Below are positions 1 through 11,400 of a DNA stretch of 64,000 nt, piece after piece; the first letter of the stretch is position 1, and each line of letters starts with the position of its first letter. The notes under the pieces were generated by a model. It was not told the origin of the DNA and did not search any database. It was given only the letters and a program-made list of their open reading frames with translations. Source of the DNA: Minisyncoccota bacterium (GTDB lineage Bacteria; Patescibacteriota; Minisyncoccia; Phycocordibacterales; JAQTLZ01); contig JAQTLZ010000003.1 of NCBI GenBank assembly GCA_028714635.1, positions 21,237 through 85,236 of the forward strand, written 5' to 3'. The position numbers were made by a program, and so were the translations under genes.

Positions 1-55
1 GAATTTGAGGATCTCTGGCAGATGAGGATTGCGACCAACTTGGATCTTTTTCCAT
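1..55 (-). CDS. 5' end of a gene running off the left edge (MEKDPSWSQSSSARDPQI...)
   Basis: ATG at 55-53 lies just downstream of a TG-n-TATTAT -10-like motif. The frame is open to the window edge but too short to identify. Confidence 0.35.
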   Translation of the reverse strand, partial: MEKDPSWSQSSSARDPQI

Positions 56-81
56 ATATGCTCAATAATATCAAAAGCTCA

Positions 82-113
82 ACAAAAAATCCCGCCGAAG
101 CGGGATTTTTTGT
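82..113. terminator. Rho-independent terminator (bidirectional-type hairpin)
   Basis: acaaaaaatcccgc-cgaa-gcgggattttttgt is a perfect stem with A/T tails, downstream of the RRM gene. Confidence 0.85.
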
Positions 114-137
114 CTTTTGGGAACTTACTAAAATTAA

Positions 138-422
138 TTAGTAGTTTCCTCGAGGAGCACGTGGAGCGCGAGGTTCCATAGGTCGAGCCTCATTTACGGT
201 GAGGGTTCGTCCATCAAGTTCCTTGCCATTCCACATGTTGATTGCAGCTTCTGCACCAGCATCGTCAGACATTTCGACGAAACCGAATCCTTTTGATCGG
301 CCAGTCATCTTGTCCATGATGATAGTAGCTGAAGTAACTGCACCTGCTTGTCCGAAAGCATCTTGCAATGCTTGCTGACTTGTAGAGTAGGAAATCCCAC
401 CTACGTATAGTTTCTTAACCAT
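138..422 (-). CDS. RRM-domain RNA-binding protein
   Basis: RNP2 KLYVGGI and RNP1 RSKGFGFVEM, plus LTVNEARP. Likely start MVKKLYVGG at 422. Confidence 0.93.
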   Translation of the reverse strand: MVKKLYVGGISYSTSQQALQDAFGQAGAVTSATIIMDKMTGRSKGFGFVEMSDDAGAEAAINMWNGKELDGRTLTVNEARPMEPRAPRAPRGNY

Positions 423-555
423 GTAGCAAATGTATTCTTCTAAAAATGTTGTAAGGCGACCTTCTCTATCGCTTGTTTGCCGAAACACTTAAAGTGCATC
501 TGCTACCAAAACTTATGAGAAAACTCTTACAATGGGTATTATACACCTTTTGCGG

Positions 556-594
556 AAAAAAGCAAGCCCAGGCACCTAATTTAGGTGCCTGGGC
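556..594 (-). terminator. Rho-independent terminator after the GT8 pair
   Basis: 14-bp inverted repeat gcccaggcacctaa/ttaggtgcctgggc (566-594), followed on the minus strand by a T-rich tail. Confidence 0.75.
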
Positions 595-615
595 AAGTCT
601 CGAGCGGAAAACATA

Positions 616-1551
616 CTATATATGTATGTTTTCCGCCTCCTTTAGATTCTCCATCCATTCGTCGTAAAACGGGCTTTCCTTTTTCCACGGCTTTACAGCA
701 AATCCCGCGAAATGGAGGACTGCTTGCGAAAAATCTTTGGGAGAATAGGTTGGAATGTCATTTTGTTCCTTTGCCATTGTATCTATTGCAGAGAACCCTT
801 CTCTTTCCACTTTCTCCATAATTTCTTTCGTCTTTTCAGGAGATAATGATACGGGCACAAAATGATTATATGTTTCGGGAAGCAGTCCCCAGTTTCTATA
901 AAAATAAAGATTGAAAATTGGCTGTTCGCCGTATTTGCTAAGAATGGCAAAATCAGAGATCAAAGCCGAACAGATATCAAAAGAGTTATCTTTGATTATG
1001 TCGCTCGAAAAGGTGAAGACCCCAGTATTGAATGACCTCTGTCTCAGATCAAACTTACTAGTGAGATTTTGGAAACAAATCTGTTTTTGCCCATCCCACT
1101 TCTTCGGCTCAAAAAACGGATGGGTAAATTGATGGGAGAGCGGAGCGGCATTCATATCTTCGGTTGCCCAAAAACCTTTTAATTTGGACAGCTCCTGGAG
1201 CGAAGAGCGCACCATAGTGTCGGCATCTAAAAAGACGATGTGTTGCCATTGCCGGAAGAAAGGGGTGAGAAGATAAAATTTCCCCAACACAGACGGATGA
1301 CTATAGATACTACCTCGGATAGAAAGAAAATTGGAAACGTGGTGAATAAAGATATTTTTTTCATTAAACCACTGAAGTTCTGGAGCATTTTCTGGAACTT
1401 CGTAGGCGATAAGACAGTAATCTCCCTGCCAGCTTCCTCTGCGGTGAGCGCTCCCAAAAAGCTGTTTCGCATGTTCGAGAAAATTACTATCAGCAAGCGT
1501 TACTAAAACAGAGTCTTTCATAGAGATTAATGGTGCCTTTGTTAAAATCAT
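616..1551 (-). CDS. Glycosyltransferase family 8 protein (paralog 2)
   Basis: IVFLDAD (DxD), FNTGV, EQPIFN and LHFAG..KPW motifs. Alternative start at 1521 (MKDSVLVTLAD). Confidence 0.88.
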   Translation of the reverse strand: MILTKAPLISMKDSVLVTLADSNFLEHAKQLFGSAHRRGSWQGDYCLIAYEVPENAPELQWFNEKNIFIHHVSNFLSIRGSIYSHPSVLGKFYLLTPFFRQWQHIVFLDADTMVRSSLQELSKLKGFWATEDMNAAPLSHQFTHPFFEPKKWDGQKQICFQNLTSKFDLRQRSFNTGVFTFSSDIIKDNSFDICSALISDFAILSKYGEQPIFNLYFYRNWGLLPETYNHFVPVSLSPEKTKEIMEKVEREGFSAIDTMAKEQNDIPTYSPKDFSQAVLHFAGFAVKPWKKESPFYDEWMENLKEAENIHI

Positions 1552-2369
1552 ATCTCAAGAGATTCGGCTTCCGCAAGATTTTCTTTCCATTCGTCATAAA
1601 ACGGACTAGTCTTATCCCACGGCTTCTTCGCTAACCCAGCAAAATGGACGATACTTGCATCTTTGGCATGTTCGATATTCTCGGAATCACTTCGAGTTGC
1701 AGAAATAAATCTATTGAATTTTTCTGGTAAAGGATCCCAATTTTTGTAGAAAAATAAATTTAAAATCGGTTGGTCGCAATACCGCTCTATCAAGTAATAG
1801 CACTCGAAAAGTTCGGAAATGCGGGCAAATGTATCAGGAAGTACGAGGGATGATGGAAACGACAGCACGCCTGAATTAAAAGAAGGAGTAGAAAGATCAA
1901 AGTTTTTCTTCAAATCTTTGAGCATATTTTCTGTTACCGCATCCCATTTGAAAGCATCGAATGTCGGACTAAAAAACTGCCGTTCAAGCGGAGCATTTTC
2001 CATGTCATATGATGCAGAAATACCTTCCCCTGCCGAAAGCTCTTCTAGAGAAGCTCGAACAATAATATCCGCATCAAGAAAAACAATTTGCTTCCACTGT
2101 CTAAAAAAGTTGGTGAATAGGTGAAATTTTCCAAACTGCGCGGGTAGACGGAATACTCCACCATCTTGTTTTTTCAAAACTGGCCAGGGACAGGCGTGGA
2201 TGAAAATGCCTTTTTCTCGAAACCACAAAAGTTTTTCGTGGGGCACATCGCAAGCGATGAGTGCGAAATCACCTTTCCACTCGCCTTTATGATGCGCACT
2301 TCCAAAAAGCTGTTTCGCCTGGTCGAGGAAACTGGAGTCAGCGAGAGTTACGAGAACCGAATCTTTCAT
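1548..2369 (-). CDS. Glycosyltransferase family 8 protein (paralog 1)
   Basis: IVFLDAD, FNSGV, DQPILN and VHFAG..KPW motifs. Tandem paralog of 616-1551. Confidence 0.88.
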   Translation of the reverse strand: MKDSVLVTLADSSFLDQAKQLFGSAHHKGEWKGDFALIACDVPHEKLLWFREKGIFIHACPWPVLKKQDGGVFRLPAQFGKFHLFTNFFRQWKQIVFLDADIIVRASLEELSAGEGISASYDMENAPLERQFFSPTFDAFKWDAVTENMLKDLKKNFDLSTPSFNSGVLSFPSSLVLPDTFARISELFECYYLIERYCDQPILNLFFYKNWDPLPEKFNRFISATRSDSENIEHAKDASIVHFAGLAKKPWDKTSPFYDEWKENLAEAESLEI

Positions 2370-2408
2370 ACCGCTATATTTTCAGAAAACGGGAAATTGC
2401 GCAAGAAA

Positions 2409-5400
2409 CTATGGAGTGGCAGGCGCGTCAGACGGGGGTGGAGTTGAGTCTGAAGGAGGAGGTGTCTCTTCTTGCGGAGGAGGCGGAGTATCTTCTGGCG
2501 AGACTTCTGGTGCGGGAGTTTCGGTGACCTCTCCCGATTCATCTGGAGTTGGAGTCACTTCGGGAGATTCAGCTGGTGATTCTGCTGGAGTCGGAGTGGG
2601 AGTTGTCTCTTCCTCGCCTCCGCTTACCTCTGGAGAAGGTGTTGGTGTCGGAGTTCCTGATGAATCACCGCCTCCGGAAACTTCTGGAGTGGGTGTTGCC
2701 TGCCCAGTTCCCGCCCCGTCGTCCGACAGGGGTGTTGAACTAGGAATCGGTGTTGCATCTACCGTAGGAGTTGGAGTTGCTGAAGATACATTATCCGCAC
2801 AATCACCATCCTCGCTTCTCAACACTCCATTTTCGGTAAAGACACAAACAGGATTTCCGGTCTTTCTGTCGTAGATGACCACTCCAGTTTTGGAAACATC
2901 GGCAGAATTTTTGATAGTAAGATTATCAACGACAGCATTTTTCGCTTTCAAATCAATTGTTTCTACACTCTGGAAGATCCCGGCGATAGCAGTGAGTCTC
3001 TCGACCGCAAGATTTTTCACGTAGGAAATCATGTCGGTCATAACGATACCGAGAGATTCAAACGAGCCTCGGACAGAATCTGACACTTGTGAAAGAGCGC
3101 TCGAAGCAACAGATGCCGTGATTGATGAAGAAGAAACCGCTCCTTGCTTATTCTCGACGAAAACAAGAACGGTGTTGTCGGAAGAATCATAACTTCCAGA
3201 AAATGCTTCGAGTGCTAGACCAACAGAGTCTTCATTTGATGACGCCTTCTTCCCAACGCCCGCTACAGATGAAAGAGAAATCCTATCTCCAATACTAATC
3301 GCGCCTCCTTCAAGGTTTACTTTCACAGGCACGCGACCAGAGAGAGCGATCGGCACTTTCCTGTCATTTGGGAAACGATTGTCGCCAAAACCTCCAAGTT
3401 CAACTCCGGGCTTAGTAGAGACAATTCCAAGGAGCGGAGCATTCTCCGATCGTCTCGCCGTTTTTACAAAGACAGGATTGTCTAGGTCAAGAGAAACAAT
3501 TTCTGCAGCAGAAAGTTCGTCATCTTCAGTTGGATACCTTTCTGCAAGGTCGGTGGAAGTGATTGAGGTAGAGTTTGCATAAATAGTTCCGGCAGTTGTA
3601 GCGGCTGAACAATCTCCATTGTCATCTACACAAAGCCAGCCGTTTGAAACCTGGACATTTGCTTGATTGGTGCCGTCACCGACAGTAAGAGCTTGCGGAG
3701 GAGTAGAAGTTCCAATACCAACAAAAGAAGTACTGGCTCCAATACCTCCAAGAATAATCGAGTTGTCTTGATCTGCAAGCGCGCCGTTACCCAAAACAAC
3801 TGAATTGCTTACCCCACTACCCACAAGGGCAGCGTAGCCGATGATCACGTTAGTATTTCCACTCACTGTCCTTCCCGCACAAGTTCCGAGGATGATGTTA
3901 CTATTTCCGCTCACCGCATCAGCGCCTGCCTGGAACCCACCAATGTAGTTATAGTTTCCGGACACGCCACAGAGGCCTGCGCAAGTTCCAAGCACCACGT
4001 TGTCGGTCCCATCTCCCGCTCCGGTGATGTCATTGCCCCACGCACAGACACCTCCGATAAAATTACAAAAGCCGACCACTCCACAATATCCCGCCTGTGT
4101 TCCCAAAACAACGTTATTCTGCCCAATTCCATTTCCCGCGTTATCATTTCCCCATGCAGCGGTTCCCCCTATGAAGTTGCAGCTTCCCTGAATTCCACAA
4201 TAACCGACACTATCTCCAAGAAGAACATTTTGAACACCTGAAACACCAAACGCTCCAGTATATCTACCGATTACTGTATTATCATTTCCTACTATCCCGC
4301 AATACCCCGCGCAGGTTCCAAACACTACGTTATTAGAGCCGACTCCCGTTCCCTCCGTATCATTCCCCCACGCGCAGGTACCCCCGATGAAGTTGTTACA
4401 GGCACCACTTGCAAGACCGCAAAGACCTGCGCAGTAACCGAGAATAGTGTTGCACGAACCGGTGCGGCCATTTTGCCAATTTCCTCCGGCATATTCACCT
4501 GCGATGAAGTTATCGCTTCCGTCTACTCCGTCAGTACCTGCTCCAGCAAAAGTTCCGATAATGGCATTAGCATTTCCAGATACCCCATAGCGACCAGCAA
4601 AAGTTCCAAGCGCAATGTTGTTGTTACCAGTGCCTCCTCCTGTATCTTGCCCCCACGCACAGACACCTCCGATAAAGTTATTCGTACCACACACTCCATA
4701 AAGGCCAGCGCGAGTACCGAGAATAGTATTGCACGAACCGGTGAGAGAATAGTATGCGGCACAGACTCCGAGGACGGCGTTGGAAGAACCCGTGACACCA
4801 TTATAGCCGGCCTGGGAACCAATAATAGTATTTTCTTGTCCTGAAACTCCAAGGAGACCGACTTGAGAACCAAGAAGAGTGTTGCAAGCACCGGAGACTC
4901 CTTGAGCCCCTGCATTCGATCCAATCAGAATGTTATCATCGGCCGAAATTCCATACTGCCCAGCGAAAGATCCGAGAATAATAGCCCTGTTACTAACTCT
5001 GCCACTGGTCCAACTTCCTCCAGCATTCTGGCCTGCAATGAAGTTCGCGTCGCCGCAGACTCCTCCAAATCCGGCGGCGGAACCCGCAATGAAGTTGTCA
5101 TTACCCTGCAAAGAAATGAGTCCGGCGGTATAACCGATGACTGTATTTCTATCACCACACGCGCCACCATAAGCAGCATGGAAACCGAGAATGGCATTTT
5201 TGTCCCCTTCAATACCGCAGAAGCCAGCGCTGGTTCCGAGTACCACATTATCCGTTCCATTACTTCCACTCTGCCAATCGCCTCCGGCATAAGAACCGAT
5301 GAGGGTGTTATCCGAACCACACAGTCCCTTGAATCCGGCTCGGTAACCGATAAGAGTGGCGTAGGTACTGTTGAGACCATTTGTCCAATTAGCTCCAGCC

Positions 5401-8400
5401 TCTGTACCGGCAATGAAGGAATTATCTGTACACACGCCATTATTGCCGGCATTCGTTCCAAGAATCGTATTATCGGTATGTCCTGCAGTAAAGTTTTGAA
5501 AATTTGAAAGGGCATTTGCTCCTATAACAGTGTTGTAAGAACCGCCCAGTCCTCCAAGTCCAGCTTGATAGCCGATGACAGTATTACCTGTGTTGCAAAT
5601 ACCCGCATAAGCTGCTTTGTACCCGATGGCGGTGTTGTAATTGCCATCACCTCCAGTAGCCGAAGCTCCCCATGCAAGATTTCCGAGGGCAAGGTTTTCT
5701 ATTCCGCAGATTCCATTCTGTCCAGCTTGATGTCCGATGGCAGTATTAAACGAACCACAGAAAGTTGACCAATTTGATCCGGCATCTTGACCAATGAATG
5801 TGTTGCCGGGACCGCAGACCCCACAGAAACCTGCGTACGAACCAATGAGAATGTTGCCATCTTGCCCCGCGCAAATTCCACAGAAGCCAGCTTGATAGCC
5901 GATGATAGTGTTGCATGCTCCGGTGCGACTACTTGTCCAATCTGCGCCAGCTTGAAATCCGCCGATAAAGTTGTAAGAACCGCATACGCCACAGAGGCCT
6001 GCGTTCGCACCCAAGAGCACGTTTTCGTCTCCGTAGACGCCACAGTAGCCGGCGCACATCCCCGCAATGAAGTTGTTGCTTCCGACGTTTCCACAATAGC
6101 CCGCTTGGTAGCCGAGGATAGTATTTTTATCTCCTGTGGTTCGTCCGCTCTGCCAATCAGCCGCCGCTTGGTACCCCATGATCATATTGTTGCTTGCGGG
6201 AACTCCAGCAAGGCCAGCGCCATCTCCAAGGATTACATTTCCGTTAGCACTTACAAAGTTCCCGCTAACATCCACCCCGTCCACCAAAAATGTTCCGCTG
6301 ACATTAACATCGCCCGCGACATCAAGGGCGTAACCGGGAGTAGTGGTACCGATGCCGATGTTTCCGTTATTTGCTATGTAAAATTTCGTCGTCGTTGAGA
6401 CGCCATCAGCAGTGACGAAGTTTATCGCTCCGCCATTATCAGCTTCAAAATTGAGATCGCCCGCCGATGTGATGCCGACCCCCGCGCCTCCAGCCGCCGT
6501 ACTAAAGAAAGAGTCGTCTGGGAAAATAAGTTTGTTTCCGGTGCCGGAAATTTTAATATTGCCATTTACTTCCAATGGATAGCTCGGATTGGTGAGACCG
6601 ATACCGACATTGACAGCATCTGCGCCCGTTCCACCCAAGACGATGCTGCACGACGAAGAAACGATGGCGTTGTGACCAATCGCTGTTGCATTGGTCAATG
6701 CACCCGAAGCGACATCCGCTCCGGAACCCAAGGCGAGGTTATTGTCGCCAGTAGTATTCGTCGCCCCAGCTTTATATCCAAGAAAAGTATTATTGCCGCT
6801 CCCACTCGTTGTGAGATACCCAGAGCAGGTGCCGAGGAAAATGTTTTCATTCCCTGAAGGACCAGACCAGCCAGCACAGGTGCCGATCAGAATATTGTCG
6901 ACTCCGGAGCTTCCACAGAAGCCAGCTTGGGTGCCCGCGATGAAGTTGCTGCTACCAGCAATTCCGCAGAAGCCAGCGCAGTATCCGAGAACAGTGTTGT
7001 ATTGACCACCTCTTCCAGACTCCCAATTTCCTCCGGCAGAAGTACCACCAATGAAATTGTTTGAACCGCAGACTCCGCAAAAACCGGCGCAGTAACCAAT
7101 GATTGAGTTATCATCCCCCGTAACTCCGTAATAACTGGCGTTACCACCCATAAGAGCATTGTAATTTCCAGTAATTCCGCAGTAACCGGCACTGTAACCA
7201 AGAAGCGTGTTGTTGATTCCCGTTCGCCCACTCTGCCAGTTGCCTCCGGCAAGCGTACCGATAAGAGTGTTGTCATTGCCGCAGACTCCGCAGAAACCAG
7301 CGCAGTGGCCGATGATAGTGGAATAAGCTCCGTTAAATCCATCCGTCCAATTAGCTCCAGCCTCAGTGCCGGCAATGAAGTTGTTGTATCCATCGATACC
7401 GCAATAGCCAGCGCAGGTGCCAATAATAGTATTGTCTCCGCCTGTCATGCCGCTCTGCCAGTTTGCTCCGGCAGATGAGCCGATAACGGTTGTGTTCCAG
7501 CCGCAGAGGCCTTTATAGCCAGCACAATAGCCAAGAATGGTATTCTGACCTCCCGTAAAACCGCTCTGCCAGTTTGCTCCGGCATAGGAGCCGATAACGG
7601 TTGTGTTCCAGCCGCAGAGGCCGCAATAGCCAGCGCAGATACCAATAATAGTATTCTCACTTCCTGTAAAACCGCTCTGCCAATTCCCTCCTGCACAGGA
7701 GCCGATAACGGTTGTGTTCCAGCCGCAGAGGCCTTTATAGCCAGCACAATAGCCGAGAATGGTATTCTGACTTCCTGTAAAACCGCTCTGCCAGTTTGCT
7801 CCGGCATAGGTGCCGCCGATCAAGTTATTGCTCCCATTGATTCCGCAATAGCCAGCGCAGGTGCCGAGTACCACGTTGTCGGTCCCAGTCGTTCCTGAAA
7901 TATCGTTCCCCCAAGCATTGTTACCAATAATTGAGTTACTACCTCCTTGCATCCCACAGTACCCAGCGCAATGCCCAAGGAGAACATTGTAAGAACTGGC
8001 TCTTCCACTTTGCCAGCAGGCTCCCGCATCGGTGCCGATAATGACTTGGTCGCTGCCACAGAATCCACGAAGGCCTGCACGCCTTCCGATTAACACCCCA
8101 TCTGAACCTCCAAATCCAGACTGCCAATTTGAACCAGCTTCTTTACCAATGATGGTGTTACCATATCCAACAACTCCACAATAACCAGCACAACTGCCGA
8201 GAATAATGTTGTCGGTACTAGTGAAGCCTGACTGCCAATTTCCTCCGGCATATGTACCGCCAATGAAGTTATAGGAACCAGCCACTCCGCAATAGCCCGC
8301 ATCAAGACCAAGGATGGTGTTCGAGTTACCACTAATCCCACAAGTGCCAGCGTTGACACCTATAATAATGTTGCAGACCCCGCCCATTCCACTCTGCCAA

Positions 8401-11400
8401 TTTCCTCCGGCATTCGTGCCAATAAGTGTATTATCCGAACCGCAAACTCCGCAGTAGCCGGCACAAGAACCAATGATAGAATTGTTACTTCCTGATACTC
8501 CACAGTAGCCCGCACAGGAACCGATAAGTGAGTTTGAACTTCCCGAAACTCCCCGAAAACCAGCTTGATTTCCAAGGAGAAGATTGTTAGAACCGGTAAA
8601 TCCTGAAGTCCAATTTGCTCCGGTGTTCGTACCAAGAAGCGTGTTGCCACTTCCACACACACCGCAATAGCCAGCGCCACAACCACCGATAAAGTTATTA
8701 TTTCCAGAGATTCCGCAGAAGCCAGCGCAAGTGCCAAGAATTATGTTGTCAGTACCGGTTCGCCCACTCACCCAGTTCGCCCCAGCTTGGTTACCGATAA
8801 GTGTATTCACATTTCCACAAACTCCGCAGAGACCAGCATATGAACCGAGAATGACGTTGCCGGATGCCGAGATACCGCAGAAGCCTGCTTGATAACCGAG
8901 GATGGTGTTGCATGCGCCTGTGCGTCCGCTCTGCCAACAAGCACCGGTTTGTACGCCGGCAATGAAGTTACTAGGGCCAAAGATTCCGCAATAACCGGCA
9001 CAGGTGCCAAGTACTATGTTTCCATTTCCAGTGCTTGCAGTTGTCCTTTGATCCCCCCACGCACTGTCACCCACAACAAAGTTGCTCGTCCCACAAATAC
9101 CACAGTAGCCGGCACGATAACCGAAAATAGTGTTGCACGAACCGGAATTCGCACCGTTCCAATTACCACCGGTCTCATAGCCACCCAAGAGGTTGTTCGA
9201 ACCGCACACACCGTTGTAGCCGGCGTGATATCCGAGGAGAACATTATTGTTTGCTCCTACAAATCCTCCGCCAAAATTCACACCATTCACAAAATAGCCA
9301 CCTGAGACATTCACATCTCCTACCACATCAAGATCGTAACTTGGAGTAGTGGTGCCGATACCAACCTTTCCGTTATTCAAAATCGTAACCGGAGTGAGAC
9401 CGTTTGTCGCAAATGTAATCTTGCCGCTACCGCTGAAATCATCATCTGCAGCAAAGGAGAGATCGCCAGCCGCTGTCATACCGCTTCCTCCACCAACAGC
9501 AGTACCGATGAAAGTACCGTCTGGGAAATAAAGACCGTTGCTTCCGCCTTCAATTTTTATATTTCCATTTACGTCGAGGGCATGATCCGGAGTAGATGTG
9601 CCGATACCAACAAAAGTACAAGCACCGCCCAAAACTATAGCGTTGTCCTTTCCTACGACAGCGTTATAACCGATTGCCGCGGAATGAATAAGACCATCGA
9701 CTGCAACGTCTGCTCCATCGCCTAAAAGAAGAAGGCTCGAACCGCAGACATTGCTTATGCCCGCAGAAACTCCGACGAATGTGTTATTCCCACCAGTTGT
9801 ATTAGCATTGCCAGCATTCAGCCCGATGAAAACATTACTACTTCCCGAAGTATCGCCATTGCCTGCTACAGAACCAAGAAAGACGTTATTCGTTCCAGAA
9901 GTTCCCCCCGCTCCAGCATTTACTCCTGCCATGAAGTTGCCGGAACCGGAGATACCGTTCATTCCTGCACCTGTTCCAAGAATAATGTTTTGAGTTCCCT
10001 CTCTACCTGATTGCCAATTCGCTGCGACACACGAGCCGATGATGATATTGCAAGAACCGCAAACTCCGCAAAATCCTGCACAAGTGCCGAGGATAATATT
10101 ATCGCTCGCAAAAATTCCGCAGTAGCCGGCACAATGTCCAATGATAGTATTGAAATCGCCGCTATACGTGCTCTGCCAATTTCCTGCAACACAGGTGCCG
10201 GCAATAAAGTTATCGTCTCCACAGATTCCGCAATAGCCGGCGCAGTGGCCGAGTATGACGTTGCAATAACCTGAAATTCCGCAATAACCGGCACAAGCGC
10301 CGCCGATGAAGTTAAAATCTCCCGACACACCATAGTAAGCAGCGTAATTTCCGAGAATACTATTCCCATTACCACAAAGTCCGCAGGCTCCCGCAGAAGG
10401 ACCAATGATAGTGTTGTTTCCTCCCATCCTCCCGCCTACCCAGTCCCAGCCGGCAAAAAACCCGAGAAGCGTATTGTCATTCCCGCAGACTCCATGCTCT
10501 CCAGCACCGGCACCAATAATGTCATTAGCAACTCCAGAAACCCCGCACGCTCCGGCCGAAGCTCCAATAATGGTGTTGAAGTAACCAGTCCTTCCGCCCG
10601 ACCAATCATAGCCAGCACAAACGCCTGCGATGAAGTTGCAGGAACCAACTATTCCTTCATAGCCGGCGCAGGTGCCGAGGATAACGTTATTATTTCCAGC
10701 AGAACCACCGTTCCAACTAGCACCAGCATTAAAGCCGATGGCTGTGTTGTAATCTGCACCTGTATAAAAACCACAGAAAGCGGCGCACGTTCCGAGAGCT
10801 ATGTTGTTATTGCCACAAAATCCGCCACCCCAACAAGCACCAGCGGAAGTACCGGCAACGAAGTTATTATTAGCACAAGTACCTTTGTAGCCAGCGCAGG
10901 TGCCGAGAAAAGTATTGTTAGCACCACCATAACCGCCCTGCCAGCAAGCACCAGCCGAATAACCGATCAGCGTGTTATAGCATGCTCCATTATAGAGACC
11001 ATTAAACCCGGCGCTGTCACCAAGGATAATGTTACTAGAACCACAAAATCCACCTGTCCAATTTCTAGCCGCACACGAGCCACCAATAAAGTTGTCTGAA
11101 CCGCACACCCCGCCCGCGCCCGCATGATCGCCAATGACAGAGTTACTGCTTCCGTAGAGACCGTTAAAGCCAGCAAAATTTCCGAGAATAACATTGCTGC
11201 CTCCCGGGAGTCCCGCCTGCCAATTACCTGCGGCGCAGGTACCGCCTATGTAGTTGCCACTGCCACCGACACCAGCCGCACCAGCGTAAGCACCGAGAAT
11301 AGTGTTCGTGGTACCATTATTTCCACTATTCCAAACTCCTCCCGCTCCCACGCCTCCGATAAAGTTTGAGCTTCCAAAAACTCCGGACGCTCCAGCACTT

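Noticed and set aside
7450-7870. CRISPR-like periodicity
   Set aside because: Whole 111-bp units are repeated in frame within a CDS, with no unique spacers and no cas genes.
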